Below, in pieces: positions 36,836 through 46,469 of a stretch of DNA of 56,887 nt; position 1 is the stretch's first letter, and every line of letters begins with the position of its first letter. This DNA comes from a virus (Duplodnaviria; Caudoviricetes). The DNA is taken from the IMG/VR virus record IMGVR_UViG_3300033153_012363, positions 1 through 56,887 of that record; one strand, written 5' to 3'. The notes under the pieces were generated by a model that saw nothing but the letters and a program-made list of their open reading frames with translations, was not told where the DNA came from and did not search any database. Position numbers and translations under genes: made by a program.

Positions 36836-37832
36836 TTTTGACAGAATAGATACTAGAAAAACTCATGTTATCTTTATTGATGCAATTCATAAATCAAGTG
36901 CATTCAATAGGAGAGTTATGGGTGTTCAATGGGGACATTCGAGTGAACAGTATTCTACTTTTACTACAAGAGTTGACTATGTTTTAACAGAAGCTGAACT
37001 TCAAATTTTAGCTTTAGTTAAAATTTTAGATCTAATAGAAGAATTTATAAAAACCCCAAACCCTAATCAGAGTTTTATTATCTTTTTTAAAGATGATGAA
37101 GCATTAGAGTTTCTTAGTCATGATAAGCTTCGTAGTATATTTATTGAAAAATTAGCAACTGATTGTCAGATTAAATTAGCTTTTTTTGAGAGACTTGGGC
37201 ACGAAATAGAGCTTAGAAGCTCTCTTGCTTCTCATACATTAACTCATGCTTTAAAATTAGCATTGTATGAATATAAGTTAAGAAATGATTTTCAGAATGA
37301 AACATTGTATTTATCTAGCGTGTCTTCTAAAGTCTTTGATAATTTAGTTTTTGATGTGGTAGGAGAAAAACTTATTCAGTATATAAGTCCTACTGAATAT
37401 GGAATTATTGCTGTTCCTAAAAGATTAATTACACCAGAAGACGAAGAAGAGATGAATAATCTTGTATTGAAAGTTTTTACAGTTAGTAGTTTTTCACAAA
37501 AAAATGAAAAGAAGTTTTCTGAGATTCGAAGAAGTTGTTTAGTTGTTAGAGATTCAGATTTAATGTTAATGGTTGCTCCATTATACGGAGGTGAAAGTAT
37601 AGAAAATATTGAAGCAGTAATATATGCTACAGCAAAACATTTCAACATCCCAATTTTTATTCTGGATTCAGAAACTTTAACTTGGTTCACTAAAAGTAAA
37701 ACTGATAAAAGAGATTTAGTTAAAGCAAAGCATTTACCTAAGTTTAAAACGTATCTAAATATTGGTCTCTACTGTAGTCCTAATTTAAGCGAAAAAACTT
37801 GGGAAACCTTCAAAAAAGTTTTTAAGAATTAA
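36825..37832 (+). CDS. putative RNase H-like plus SLOG-like two-domain protein
   Basis: N-term IFIDA..TEAELQILAL..IIFFKDD; C-term RRSCLVVRDSDLMLMVAP...AKHFNIPIFILD. Confidence 0.45.
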   Translation: MKYNFDRIDTRKTHVIFIDAIHKSSAFNRRVMGVQWGHSSEQYSTFTTRVDYVLTEAELQILALVKILDLIEEFIKTPNPNQSFIIFFKDDEALEFLSHDKLRSIFIEKLATDCQIKLAFFERLGHEIELRSSLASHTLTHALKLALYEYKLRNDFQNETLYLSSVSSKVFDNLVFDVVGEKLIQYISPTEYGIIAVPKRLITPEDEEEMNNLVLKVFTVSSFSQKNEKKFSEIRRSCLVVRDSDLMLMVAPLYGGESIENIEAVIYATAKHFNIPIFILDSETLTWFTKSKTDKRDLVKAKHLPKFKTYLNIGLYCSPNLSEKTWETFKKVFKN

Positions 37833-37856
37833 AGAAGTATTATATTTGTTATAACA

Positions 37857-38420
37857 ATGAAAGATAAACTTGTTATAGGTACTTTAGGTAATGTTGAAGA
37901 AGAAATTATTCAAACAGATTTAAGTAGTTTATTTTCTAATGTTAATGTTGCTAAATTATTAATTCTAATTGCTGGAAAGAAATATGTAGTAGATCTTGAA
38001 AATTTACTTCAATTTTCAAAAGAAGTATCTGATATATCAGATAAACAATTAGACAACACATTAGAAAAAATTACTGCTTGGTTGTATACATTAATTTCTG
38101 CTAATATTTCTGTTAAGAAGATAAAGAAAAAAGAAGTTAGAGAAGTTGAAAATTGGAAAGCTAAAAAAATTAATGAGGTTAGGTCAATTGTTGCAGAACG
38201 AAACCCAAATGATACAAGGCTTTTTAGAGAAGTTTTATTAAATATTCATTACAAAGAGCAATATGATGTTTTTATTACTGAGATTGATAATTTAGATGAA
38301 ATGATTGAGAAAATGGATAAGTTATACGAGATTTTAAAAATTAGAAATGAAAATTTAAGGACTATAATTAGGAATAGAAGAGAAATAAAAGGTGGTCATG
38401 GTAGAGAACAAGGGATTTAA
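37857..38420 (+). CDS. coiled-coil protein, possible UvsY-like recombination mediator
   Basis: helical, upstream of SSB and RecA; TATATTTG at 37841. Confidence 0.45.
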   Translation: MKDKLVIGTLGNVEEEIIQTDLSSLFSNVNVAKLLILIAGKKYVVDLENLLQFSKEVSDISDKQLDNTLEKITAWLYTLISANISVKKIKKKEVREVENWKAKKINEVRSIVAERNPNDTRLFREVLLNIHYKEQYDVFITEIDNLDEMIEKMDKLYEILKIRNENLRTIIRNRREIKGGHGREQGI

Positions 38421-38673
38421 TGGGCTTTTTGCTCTTCAAAAAGCAGTAATAGATACCATAAAAGAACAAAGTACTTATGCTGTACCATTCTATCCTGTAT
38501 TTTGGGGAACAGACCAAATATTTTATAGTTGTGCAAATTGTTATAGAGGTAAAACTTTAAAAAGTGGAGAAACCCCTTTTTATTGTGCTCAAGAAAGTCA
38601 TATTAAACATTATATTATGACAAAAGCTAAAATAAATAGATGTATTAATTGTGAATTTTTTCAACAAAGATAA
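38398..38673 (+). CDS. Cys-rich hypothetical protein
   Basis: CANC ... C ... CINC. Confidence 0.55.
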   Translation: MVENKGFNGLFALQKAVIDTIKEQSTYAVPFYPVFWGTDQIFYSCANCYRGKTLKSGETPFYCAQESHIKHYIMTKAKINRCINCEFFQQR

Positions 38674-38682
38674 GGAGATCTT

Positions 38683-39804
38683 ATGGCTAAGTTTGGAACT
38701 TCTCAATCACAACGAGAAGAATTAGACAGTACAGCACGGATTTTCGATGACGTTATTGAGCTTATAGTAGGTTCAAATGTTCATAGAATAATCCAAGGAC
38801 CGCAGAAAACAAATATTGTTTTTTATCCTACAATTATAGAAACAGAAGAGGAAGGAGTTAAGAAAATAAAACCCGCTCATAGAGCTTTACAGTTCTTGGA
38901 AGTTCCTCAACTGGTTCACTCAATTCAGGCTGCAGAAAATGATATTCGTCAAAGATTGGGTGATAAGGGTGAAACAGGGTTTAAAATTCAAACCCGTTGG
39001 TGGTATTTAGCTATTAATACTTTAGATAAAACAGATGTTAAAGTTAAACCAGTTAGATATCCTAAATCTATTAAAGATGATATTACTGAAATGGAAACTA
39101 AATTAGATGTTAAAGACCCTACTTGCTTATTAAATGGTCATTATTTTCTTTATGATATTTTAATTGATAAAAAAGTTGACCCGAAAAAAGCAAAAAAATA
39201 TGGAACATCATATAGTGCAACTGTTTATGGTAATAACCCATTCCAATCTCGAGTTCCAGCAAAATGGTTAAGAGAAGATGCCGGTAAAGTAATTGAATCT
39301 TGTGGTGGAATGGAAAAAATCTTTCCTCAAGAATTAATTCAAGCAATTGAAAATTGTGATATAGTTCTTGAAAAGATTTTAGAACCTATGAGTGAAGTTG
39401 AAGTTAAAGAACGCCTTCAAAAGTTTCCTATTAACTTATTAGGGAGAAGACCAAATACAGGTGCTTTTACTTATCCGCAAAGTCCAGACTTTAAAGAAAT
39501 GATTGAGGCTTTAGGTTTACCCACCGTTTCTTTTGATGTAACTGACGAAGGTTCAAATGTTACTCAACCTACTTCTGGCCAATCTGGAGTAGAGCTTAAA
39601 AAACCAGAAGAAGCAGAATTACCAAATAAATCTCCTAAACCGGAAGAGGCTATTAAAGAATCAAAGCCTTCTGAAACTCTTAAAGAGATTGAAAAAGCAG
39701 AAACTATTAATTCCAGTGGGTTAAGTGGAATTAAACCATTAGGCGATGAAGCAGATTCACCAGGTAAGTTAACAAAACTTGGAGATTCAGGAGAGAAATG
39801 GTAA
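38683..39804 (+). CDS. putative gp32-like single-stranded DNA-binding protein
   Basis: HRII, RWWYLAIN, YDILIDK..TSYS core; long acidic disordered tail; directly upstream of RecA. Confidence 0.6.
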   Translation: MAKFGTSQSQREELDSTARIFDDVIELIVGSNVHRIIQGPQKTNIVFYPTIIETEEEGVKKIKPAHRALQFLEVPQLVHSIQAAENDIRQRLGDKGETGFKIQTRWWYLAINTLDKTDVKVKPVRYPKSIKDDITEMETKLDVKDPTCLLNGHYFLYDILIDKKVDPKKAKKYGTSYSATVYGNNPFQSRVPAKWLREDAGKVIESCGGMEKIFPQELIQAIENCDIVLEKILEPMSEVEVKERLQKFPINLLGRRPNTGAFTYPQSPDFKEMIEALGLPTVSFDVTDEGSNVTQPTSGQSGVELKKPEEAELPNKSPKPEEAIKESKPSETLKEIEKAETINSSGLSGIKPLGDEADSPGKLTKLGDSGEKW

Positions 39805-40793
39805 TGAGTAATGAATTAACTGATCTACTTAAAAATTATCTACCCGGTACTCGAAATGCAAATGAAATTGCAGATGTAAATGTAGTTCAATTACCTCTTG
39901 AGAAACTAAATATTGATGTTTTAAAATGCGGTGGTATTCCAAGAGGTAGAACTATTGAGTTGTATGGCCCTCCTTCTTGTGGAAAAACTACCATAGCTAT
40001 AAATATAGCTCAATGGTATATAAAACAAGGATTAAAAGTTCTTTGGGATGATCGAGAAGGCACATTCCCAGACGAAGCATATACTTCTGGTATTGGTTTA
40101 AATAGAGACCAACTAACAATGATGGATACAGGTTCTGGGAATGATGCTTTATATCAATTTGAAATGGTTGCAGCATTAAATTATGCAGATCTTTATATTG
40201 TTGATAGTTTAGCTATGTTGCATCCTGAAGGTGCTTCTATTGTTGGAGACACTGAAACTCAATCAATGCATGATAAATTAGCAAGAGCTAGTTTATTAAC
40301 AGGATTTTTTCAACGGTTAAGAAGTGGATATCGGATTGGCAATCCTGGAACTTGTAAAAAAGATGGTACTTATAACAAAGGTGATTTAGTTAAATCAGAT
40401 CGTATGTATTGGAAAGATGGAAAAGAAGACCATTATTGGCACAAGTTAACAGATAAAGATGTTACTTTAATTATGATTAATCATGAAAAAGTAAAACCTG
40501 GCGTAAGGTTCGGAAGTAAATCATCAACTCCTGGTGGAGACTCAATGAAATTCGATGCTTCAGTTAGGTTAAAAATTACTTATAAGAAAAAATCAAAAGA
40601 AAGGGTCGACGGATTACCGGCATCTAAATTAATCACTGTTAGAGCAGATAAAAATAAAGTAGGGCCTCCTTTTGGTGAAGCAGCATTTTTATTAATGAGA
40701 GATGGTCGGCTTATTGAATATGGAAAAAAGGTAAAAGGTATTCAAGATGATGACGATTTTGAAGAGGTAACAGCCAGTGATATGGAGGCATAA
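39804..40793 (+). CDS. recA: RecA/UvsX recombinase
   Basis: GGIPRGRTIELYGPPSCGKT, IVDSLA, TPGGDSMKFDASVR, KNKVGPP. Confidence 0.95.
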   Translation: MSNELTDLLKNYLPGTRNANEIADVNVVQLPLEKLNIDVLKCGGIPRGRTIELYGPPSCGKTTIAINIAQWYIKQGLKVLWDDREGTFPDEAYTSGIGLNRDQLTMMDTGSGNDALYQFEMVAALNYADLYIVDSLAMLHPEGASIVGDTETQSMHDKLARASLLTGFFQRLRSGYRIGNPGTCKKDGTYNKGDLVKSDRMYWKDGKEDHYWHKLTDKDVTLIMINHEKVKPGVRFGSKSSTPGGDSMKFDASVRLKITYKKKSKERVDGLPASKLITVRADKNKVGPPFGEAAFLLMRDGRLIEYGKKVKGIQDDDDFEEVTASDMEA

Positions 40794-41005
40794 TGAAAAA
40801 AGGTAAAAGGTATTTAAGTAATCCTTCTGGAAATATCCATACTAATGATATAATGGGTGTTCATAGACAACCGTGTCCAGATTGTGGAAACTTATTAATT
40901 TATAGTTCAGAAAAAATGAGAACTGATTACAGAGAAGATGGAACAGAAACTGGAACAACATTAGTTGTAACTTATAAAAAATGTCAATGTCAAAAGGAAT
41001 TATGA
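40793..41005 (+). CDS. small Zn-ribbon protein
   Basis: CPDCG ... CQC; coupled on both sides. Confidence 0.6.
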   Translation: MKKGKRYLSNPSGNIHTNDIMGVHRQPCPDCGNLLIYSSEKMRTDYREDGTETGTTLVVTYKKCQCQKEL

Positions 41006-41703
41006 AAATAATTAGTATAGATCTTAGTGTATCAACTGGAGTTGCATATTTTGACATAGGGGAACCAGAATTGTTAATTGATGTATTTGATTATACTAAT
41101 AAGCGTGATACACCGTTATCGACTCAAAAGATTTTAAAGAAACCAAATGAGGAAATGGTAAAAAAGCCTAAAAAGAAAAGACAAATTCTTAAATATGATT
41201 CTTCAAATCATCCTTACGATTTTTTAGAGTTTACTCAAAAATATATTAATGGATTAATAGACGAAATTGTTAACCGAAAATGGAGTTTTGATAATGTAAT
41301 TTTAGAACAGACCAATAAAGGCAGAGATCGTTGGAAACAAAAACAACTTGAATGGCTTCATTATAAATTATGTATGTTACTTGTAACATTTGAGGGTACT
41401 AAAGTATTTCAAAACAATTATGGGATTAAGTACATTGACACAATGGAGTGGAGAAAAATCCTTGGTATTAAGATGGATAGAGACCAAAGAAAATCAAATA
41501 AAATGATTCGGACACATAATTTGGAAGCAAAAGAAAACGTTGATATAAAAAGAATTCGTGGAATTGTTAATGCAAAGACTTTGGCTGTTGATTTTGCTAA
41601 TGAAAGATTTGGTTTAAATATGATAAAGAAACACAACAATATTGCTGATGCTATTTGTGTCGGTTATGCTTGGTTAGTTAAAGAAGGACATATAGAAAGA
41701 TGA
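41002..41703 (+). CDS. RuvC-like Holliday junction resolvase
   Basis: ISIDLSVSTG, ILEQ, EWRK, NIADAICVG. Confidence 0.8.
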   Translation: MKIISIDLSVSTGVAYFDIGEPELLIDVFDYTNKRDTPLSTQKILKKPNEEMVKKPKKKRQILKYDSSNHPYDFLEFTQKYINGLIDEIVNRKWSFDNVILEQTNKGRDRWKQKQLEWLHYKLCMLLVTFEGTKVFQNNYGIKYIDTMEWRKILGIKMDRDQRKSNKMIRTHNLEAKENVDIKRIRGIVNAKTLAVDFANERFGLNMIKKHNNIADAICVGYAWLVKEGHIER

Positions 41704-41957
41704 GTAAAACTTATTATATAACATTTAAAGAAACAGGTTATTATGCTGCTTATAACCTTGGAGAAGGTAGTACTTGGAGCAGAACTTGTGGAAAAACAAT
41801 TCATGTACATCCTATAAACTGGGTTAAAGCAGTTAGAAAAAGTCAACGAGAAACATCTTTAAAAGCAGCAAAATCAAATGATATTAGTAAGTTGATTCAT
41901 ACAGAGTTACTTTGGTGGAAAGAATTGACAGAAGAAGAGCTTAAGGAAATAAGATGA
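41700..41957 (+). CDS. hypothetical protein
   Basis: 85 aa, ATGA coupling. Confidence 0.6.
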   Translation: MSKTYYITFKETGYYAAYNLGEGSTWSRTCGKTIHVHPINWVKAVRKSQRETSLKAAKSNDISKLIHTELLWWKELTEEELKEIR

Positions 41958-42187
41958 GAAGATTAATAGTAAATAATAAAGAAAGTTTTAAGATTCCTCA
42001 ATACGAGTTTTTTAAAGGAGTTGAAATTGTTGAAAGTAAATATCTCCCCGATAATTGTTTTTTAGTATTTGAAGGTACTCAGTTTATGGATACAACAACA
42101 TATGTTTTTAGATACATTGATGGTGAATTGAGGTATCATAAAGTTAATCCCGTATGGAGACCAATGACAGTGAGTTTAGAAGAATGA
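41954..42187 (+). CDS. hypothetical protein
   Basis: 77 aa, ATGA coupling. Confidence 0.6.
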   Translation: MRRLIVNNKESFKIPQYEFFKGVEIVESKYLPDNCFLVFEGTQFMDTTTYVFRYIDGELRYHKVNPVWRPMTVSLEE

Positions 42188-42543
42188 TAAGTTTTTTCAT
42201 AGGCGCTTGGCTTAGTATGAGTTCTTTACCAGGACAATCTGATACAACAAGCGTTGTACTAGTTGAGTGGTGGTATACATCTGATATAAATATTGCATCA
42301 GATATTACAAGATATTCAATTGTTGATAGTATTAAAGAATATAAGATCTACAGTGCTTATAGAGTTTATTTTGTTAGAGAAGGTATTCCTGTAACTACGT
42401 ATTTATTTGGATTGATAATAGAAAAAATTCCACATAAAACTTTTCTTTATTGTGTTGTAGAAGATTATGAAACCGATTATTTTTATCATTGGGGTTTTTC
42501 ACTAATTCCTGGAAAACCCACTAATGTAGGTATTAGAGAATGA
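42184..42543 (+). CDS. putative secreted beta-rich protein
   Basis: hydrophobic N-term MISFFIGAWLSMSS; ATGA coupling. Confidence 0.5.
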   Translation: MISFFIGAWLSMSSLPGQSDTTSVVLVEWWYTSDINIASDITRYSIVDSIKEYKIYSAYRVYFVREGIPVTTYLFGLIIEKIPHKTFLYCVVEDYETDYFYHWGFSLIPGKPTNVGIRE

Positions 42544-43634
42544 AATATGCGTTTATAGCAGATATACACTTAGCTATCTCTGATTCGTTAAGTCCTTATG
42601 ATACTAAAACAGGGTTTTCAATTAGAACATTAGATAAGTTTGAAGCAATTGAAAAAGCTCTTAAAACATCAATAGACGAAAAATGTGAAGCATTCTTTTT
42701 TATGGGTGATGTTTATGATAAATTAAATCCACCAGAAAGACTTAAAGAAGCATTTCTTAGAACTATAATGCCGTATTGTGATAAAATTAAAATTCATCTT
42801 ATTCCAGGTAATCATGATGGAGCAGATTTTACTAACAATTATCTTTCTGAAACCGCAATATTTGAGTTTTTAGGTGAACAATCTCCATTTACTATTTATC
42901 ATGAACCTGAGACTATATACTTAAATAATGGAAAAGATAAATTTTTAATGTGTCCTTGGATTGCTGATCATAAAATTATTGTTGAATTGATTAAAATGCA
43001 GGAAGAAGGAATTTATTTTATAGGACACTTAGAAGTGGCCGGAGCTTTAGCTAGTACTGAATATGTTTTAACAAAAGGCATTAATCCAAATACTTTTCAG
43101 AAATTCAAATATGTTTTCTTAGGTCACTATCATAGGTATCAAAGACCAGCACAAAACATTGTATATGTTGGCAGTCCCATAATTAAGGACTTTGGAGAAA
43201 AATTCGATGAAATTAAAGGATTTATAATTTATGACTCTAATACTAACGTTTTTGATAGATTTCCACTTGAAACTCGTCAAGCATATTCATACATCATATC
43301 AAAAGAAAATTTGGCTATTGTTGACCAACAACTTGCTCAAGAAACGCCTCCAAAGGGTTCGCTTATAGAACTTAATTTTGAAGGAACTAAAGAATGGATT
43401 AATGAATATGTTCCTGGAGTTATGGAAATCTTCAATGAATTTGAGCCTTTAAAGATTAAAAAAACTAAAACAGTCTTTAAAGAGGTAAATAAAGAGTACA
43501 TAAAGATATTGGAACTTAATACAAGAATTGACAAGATTAAAGAGCTATCCAAAGATGAGACTCCTTATGTCACTGAGTTGGGTCTTAAATTATATCAAGA
43601 AGCAGAAAATGAATACTTAGAGGTAAAAGGATGA
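42540..43634 (+). CDS. sbcD: SbcD/Mre11-like metallophosphoesterase nuclease
   Basis: DIH, GDVYD, GNHD, GH, GHYH. Confidence 0.9.
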   Translation: MKYAFIADIHLAISDSLSPYDTKTGFSIRTLDKFEAIEKALKTSIDEKCEAFFFMGDVYDKLNPPERLKEAFLRTIMPYCDKIKIHLIPGNHDGADFTNNYLSETAIFEFLGEQSPFTIYHEPETIYLNNGKDKFLMCPWIADHKIIVELIKMQEEGIYFIGHLEVAGALASTEYVLTKGINPNTFQKFKYVFLGHYHRYQRPAQNIVYVGSPIIKDFGEKFDEIKGFIIYDSNTNVFDRFPLETRQAYSYIISKENLAIVDQQLAQETPPKGSLIELNFEGTKEWINEYVPGVMEIFNEFEPLKIKKTKTVFKEVNKEYIKILELNTRIDKIKELSKDETPYVTELGLKLYQEAENEYLEVKG

Positions 43635-45808
43635 TTGAAAGGAGCTTAGACCGTGTTGAAATCAGAGGATTTGGATTATTTCAAGATTATCAAGATGTTG
43701 ATTTTAGAAAACTCCCCCAAGATGCAATCGTTGGCATTTTTGGAGATAACCAGGATGGAGAAGGTGGTTACGATTCTAATGCGTCGGGAAAAACAACTTT
43801 ACTCAATTCTATATCCTGGGGACTCTTTGGACTCTTGCCTATTCAAGGTGAAAGTTCTAGAGCAATACATAAAGAACAGATTGTCAATCATCAAAGTAAG
43901 AAAGGATCTGTCACTCAAACATATTCAGTTGGAGAGCAACAGATCATTCTTGAAAATAGTATTACAGCTAAAGGAACTAAGCAAACAAAGCTTTATATTA
44001 ACAACGAAGAATTTATAGCTAATACTGCTACACAGAAAAGAGAAAAATTTTATTCTTTAATGGGTATGGGTGGAAAAGATAAAAGTAATTTTATAGATTT
44101 TCTTAATCGTTGTTATTTTTCTGGAGATGTTACTAAATCATTTGCTTCAAAGAATTTTAGTAATAAAGATCGATTAGCAATTGTTGCTCAAGTTAAGCAA
44201 ATGGGAGTCTTAGATTTAGCAGCAAAAAAATCAGAAGAAAAAGCTAAAGAACTAAATAAACGATTAAGTGAGATTCAATTCCAAATTCAAGATCGATACT
44301 CGAAAATAGATAAGGATTTTAATCTTGAGTTTGCTCAAAATAGTATTATCCATTTAAATACAGTAGTAACAGAAGAAGAAAATATTGCCAAGTTAATTTC
44401 TGAAGAATTATCAAAATATGATGATATTTTAAGAATTAAAAAAGAACTAGATGTTTTAGAGAAAGAATTAGTTCCAGTAACTAAAAAGATTGATGACCAA
44501 ATTGTTGCTATAAAATCTTATTGTGAGAAATTAAATGACTCTCAGGATCTCGGTTCTTCTTTGGCAATAACATTAGATAAGTTAAATCCTAATGATGAAG
44601 CATATATAGCCGAATCTAATATAATTTCTTCTAGGATTGATAATGCTGAAGTTTCTAAAACTCGATTATCTGATAAACTTACAAAATTCAGAGTTGAGAC
44701 AAAACAAAGTCAAAACCTTATTAAGAAATTTACATTTGGTGATTATTTAGAATGTCCAAAATGTAAAACTGAATTGTTACATGATAAAGATGGATTACAT
44801 CTTATAGAACATATTACTGAAGTTATTGAAAAGCAAACAAAAATTATAGATGGTAACATCATAAAATGCGGCGGAATTACAATAGAGATCAATGGGATAG
44901 GCGAAGTTCTTTTTGGTTTACGAGCAAAGCAAAGAGAATTTATTCAAAGAGAAACTAAAATTAGGGCTTTAAAAGAACGCATTAAAGATGGAGAGACAAT
45001 ATATAAGACTTTATATGAGAAAGCAAAAGATTACGTTGTAAATAATGAAGAGCATGATGTTTTTGAACCAGAACCTAGATATCTTAAATATGAAAATTAT
45101 GCTGAATATGAAACAAAGCAAGTTAAGATTGGAAAAAAGATAATTGAACTTCAGGCCATAAAAGAACCAGAATATACAATTAAAGATTTAGAACTCGTTA
45201 ATAAGAAGATTAAGAATTTAAGTTTAGATATTCAAAATCTTGAGAACCGGGTTGAGCTTCATACAAAATATGAAAAAGAAATTGCTACACTTTCAGAAGA
45301 AAAAGCAGAAAAATCGAAAGCATACTTAAATTATAATTACTGGTTTAATGGTTTTAAACAGTTAAAAAATATAGAGTTGGTTGAGACAGAACCAGAACTT
45401 GAAAACTCAGTAAATAAAATTCTTGCTGAGTTAGGAACTGGCATCACAGTTCAATTTGACGTGAATGTTGAAGAAGGTGGACTTGCTATTAACTTAATAG
45501 AAGAATCAGGAAATGAATTAGTGCTTGAATTATTTTCTACAGGACAAGCTAATAGAATAGGACTTGCAGCAGGGCTTGCATTGGGAAATTTAGCTTCAGA
45601 CTCTAATACTCAATATGGATTTACACTCTGGGATGAAGTATTAGACGGTTTAGATAATACAGGTCAGGATATGTTTTTTGATATTCTCAAGAAGTTACCA
45701 GGATTAAAACTTGTAATTTCTCATGATAAAAAGTTACAAAACTTATTTGAGCATAAAATATTTATTTCGAGGAAAAATCATTCCTCAATAATAAGAATGG
45801 AGTCATAG
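43631..45808 (+). CDS. sbcC: SbcC/Rad50-like ABC ATPase
   Basis: NASGKT, coiled coils, CPKC hook, FSTGQ, WDEVLDGLD, SHD. Confidence 0.9.
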   Translation: MIERSLDRVEIRGFGLFQDYQDVDFRKLPQDAIVGIFGDNQDGEGGYDSNASGKTTLLNSISWGLFGLLPIQGESSRAIHKEQIVNHQSKKGSVTQTYSVGEQQIILENSITAKGTKQTKLYINNEEFIANTATQKREKFYSLMGMGGKDKSNFIDFLNRCYFSGDVTKSFASKNFSNKDRLAIVAQVKQMGVLDLAAKKSEEKAKELNKRLSEIQFQIQDRYSKIDKDFNLEFAQNSIIHLNTVVTEEENIAKLISEELSKYDDILRIKKELDVLEKELVPVTKKIDDQIVAIKSYCEKLNDSQDLGSSLAITLDKLNPNDEAYIAESNIISSRIDNAEVSKTRLSDKLTKFRVETKQSQNLIKKFTFGDYLECPKCKTELLHDKDGLHLIEHITEVIEKQTKIIDGNIIKCGGITIEINGIGEVLFGLRAKQREFIQRETKIRALKERIKDGETIYKTLYEKAKDYVVNNEEHDVFEPEPRYLKYENYAEYETKQVKIGKKIIELQAIKEPEYTIKDLELVNKKIKNLSLDIQNLENRVELHTKYEKEIATLSEEKAEKSKAYLNYNYWFNGFKQLKNIELVETEPELENSVNKILAELGTGITVQFDVNVEEGGLAINLIEESGNELVLELFSTGQANRIGLAAGLALGNLASDSNTQYGFTLWDEVLDGLDNTGQDMFFDILKKLPGLKLVISHDKKLQNLFEHKIFISRKNHSSIIRMES

Positions 45809-45810
45809 AA

Positions 45811-46242
45811 ATGACAGAAATTAAACCCCTTCCCGAAGAAGAAATCCAAATGGATGAGATTAAACCTCTTGATGATGAGATTAAACCTCTTGATGATGAG
45901 ATTAAACCTCTTGATGATGAAGATGATTTAACTAAGCATACAAAGACTGGGACATTGATTTATACTGATAAACTTTTTGATGCAGTATTAAATGTAATCA
46001 AAACAGATAATATGGCATTAAGAAATGGTATCTTATCTCAACAATATGGAGATGGAATGAAATTAGTTTTTTATCAAGGCAATCCATCAAATGTTTTAGG
46101 TTATATTGAGTGTAAAAATAAACCAAATGAACCAGATGAACCGGATGAACTTTATCATGATATTAGAATATTTAGCTCTATTCTTAGAAAAATCTTTATA
46201 AAAAATAAATTAACTAATGAATTCTTTAAGGATTTAATATAA
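45811..46242 (+). CDS. hypothetical protein with DEIKPLD repeats
   Basis: 143 aa; four EIKPL units at the N-terminus. Confidence 0.7.
   Translation: MTEIKPLPEEEIQMDEIKPLDDEIKPLDDEIKPLDDEDDLTKHTKTGTLIYTDKLFDAVLNVIKTDNMALRNGILSQQYGDGMKLVFYQGNPSNVLGYIECKNKPNEPDEPDELYHDIRIFSSILRKIFIKNKLTNEFFKDLI
45853..45915 (+). repeat. 21 bp x3 perfect coding tandem repeat
   Basis: GATGAGATTAAACCTCTTGAT x3. Confidence 0.95.
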
Positions 46243-46469
46243 TGGCAGGATTAAAATATGCACCGGTAACTAAACCTAATAGTTCTAGAGGTTGGCGAAA
46301 TACAGTAGCTATAGAAACAATAATTGAACTTTTAAAAGAAGTATTTCCTGAATTTGAAAATACTTTAAATAGAATTTTAAAAGAAAAGTATGATAAAATT
46401 GAATTAGTTGATTCTTCAATTAAAATTACTTATTATTCTGAAGGAAAGGCTGAAGTCATCAATGCATAA
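46242..46469 (+). CDS. hypothetical protein
   Basis: 75 aa, TAATG coupling. Confidence 0.6.
   Translation: MAGLKYAPVTKPNSSRGWRNTVAIETIIELLKEVFPEFENTLNRILKEKYDKIELVDSSIKITYYSEGKAEVINA

Noticed and set aside
40323-40445. Intein in RecA
   Set aside because: Only ~40 aa and no His-Asn/Cys splice junction.
45853-45915. CRISPR-like array
   Set aside because: Repeats are contiguous, in-frame and have no spacers.
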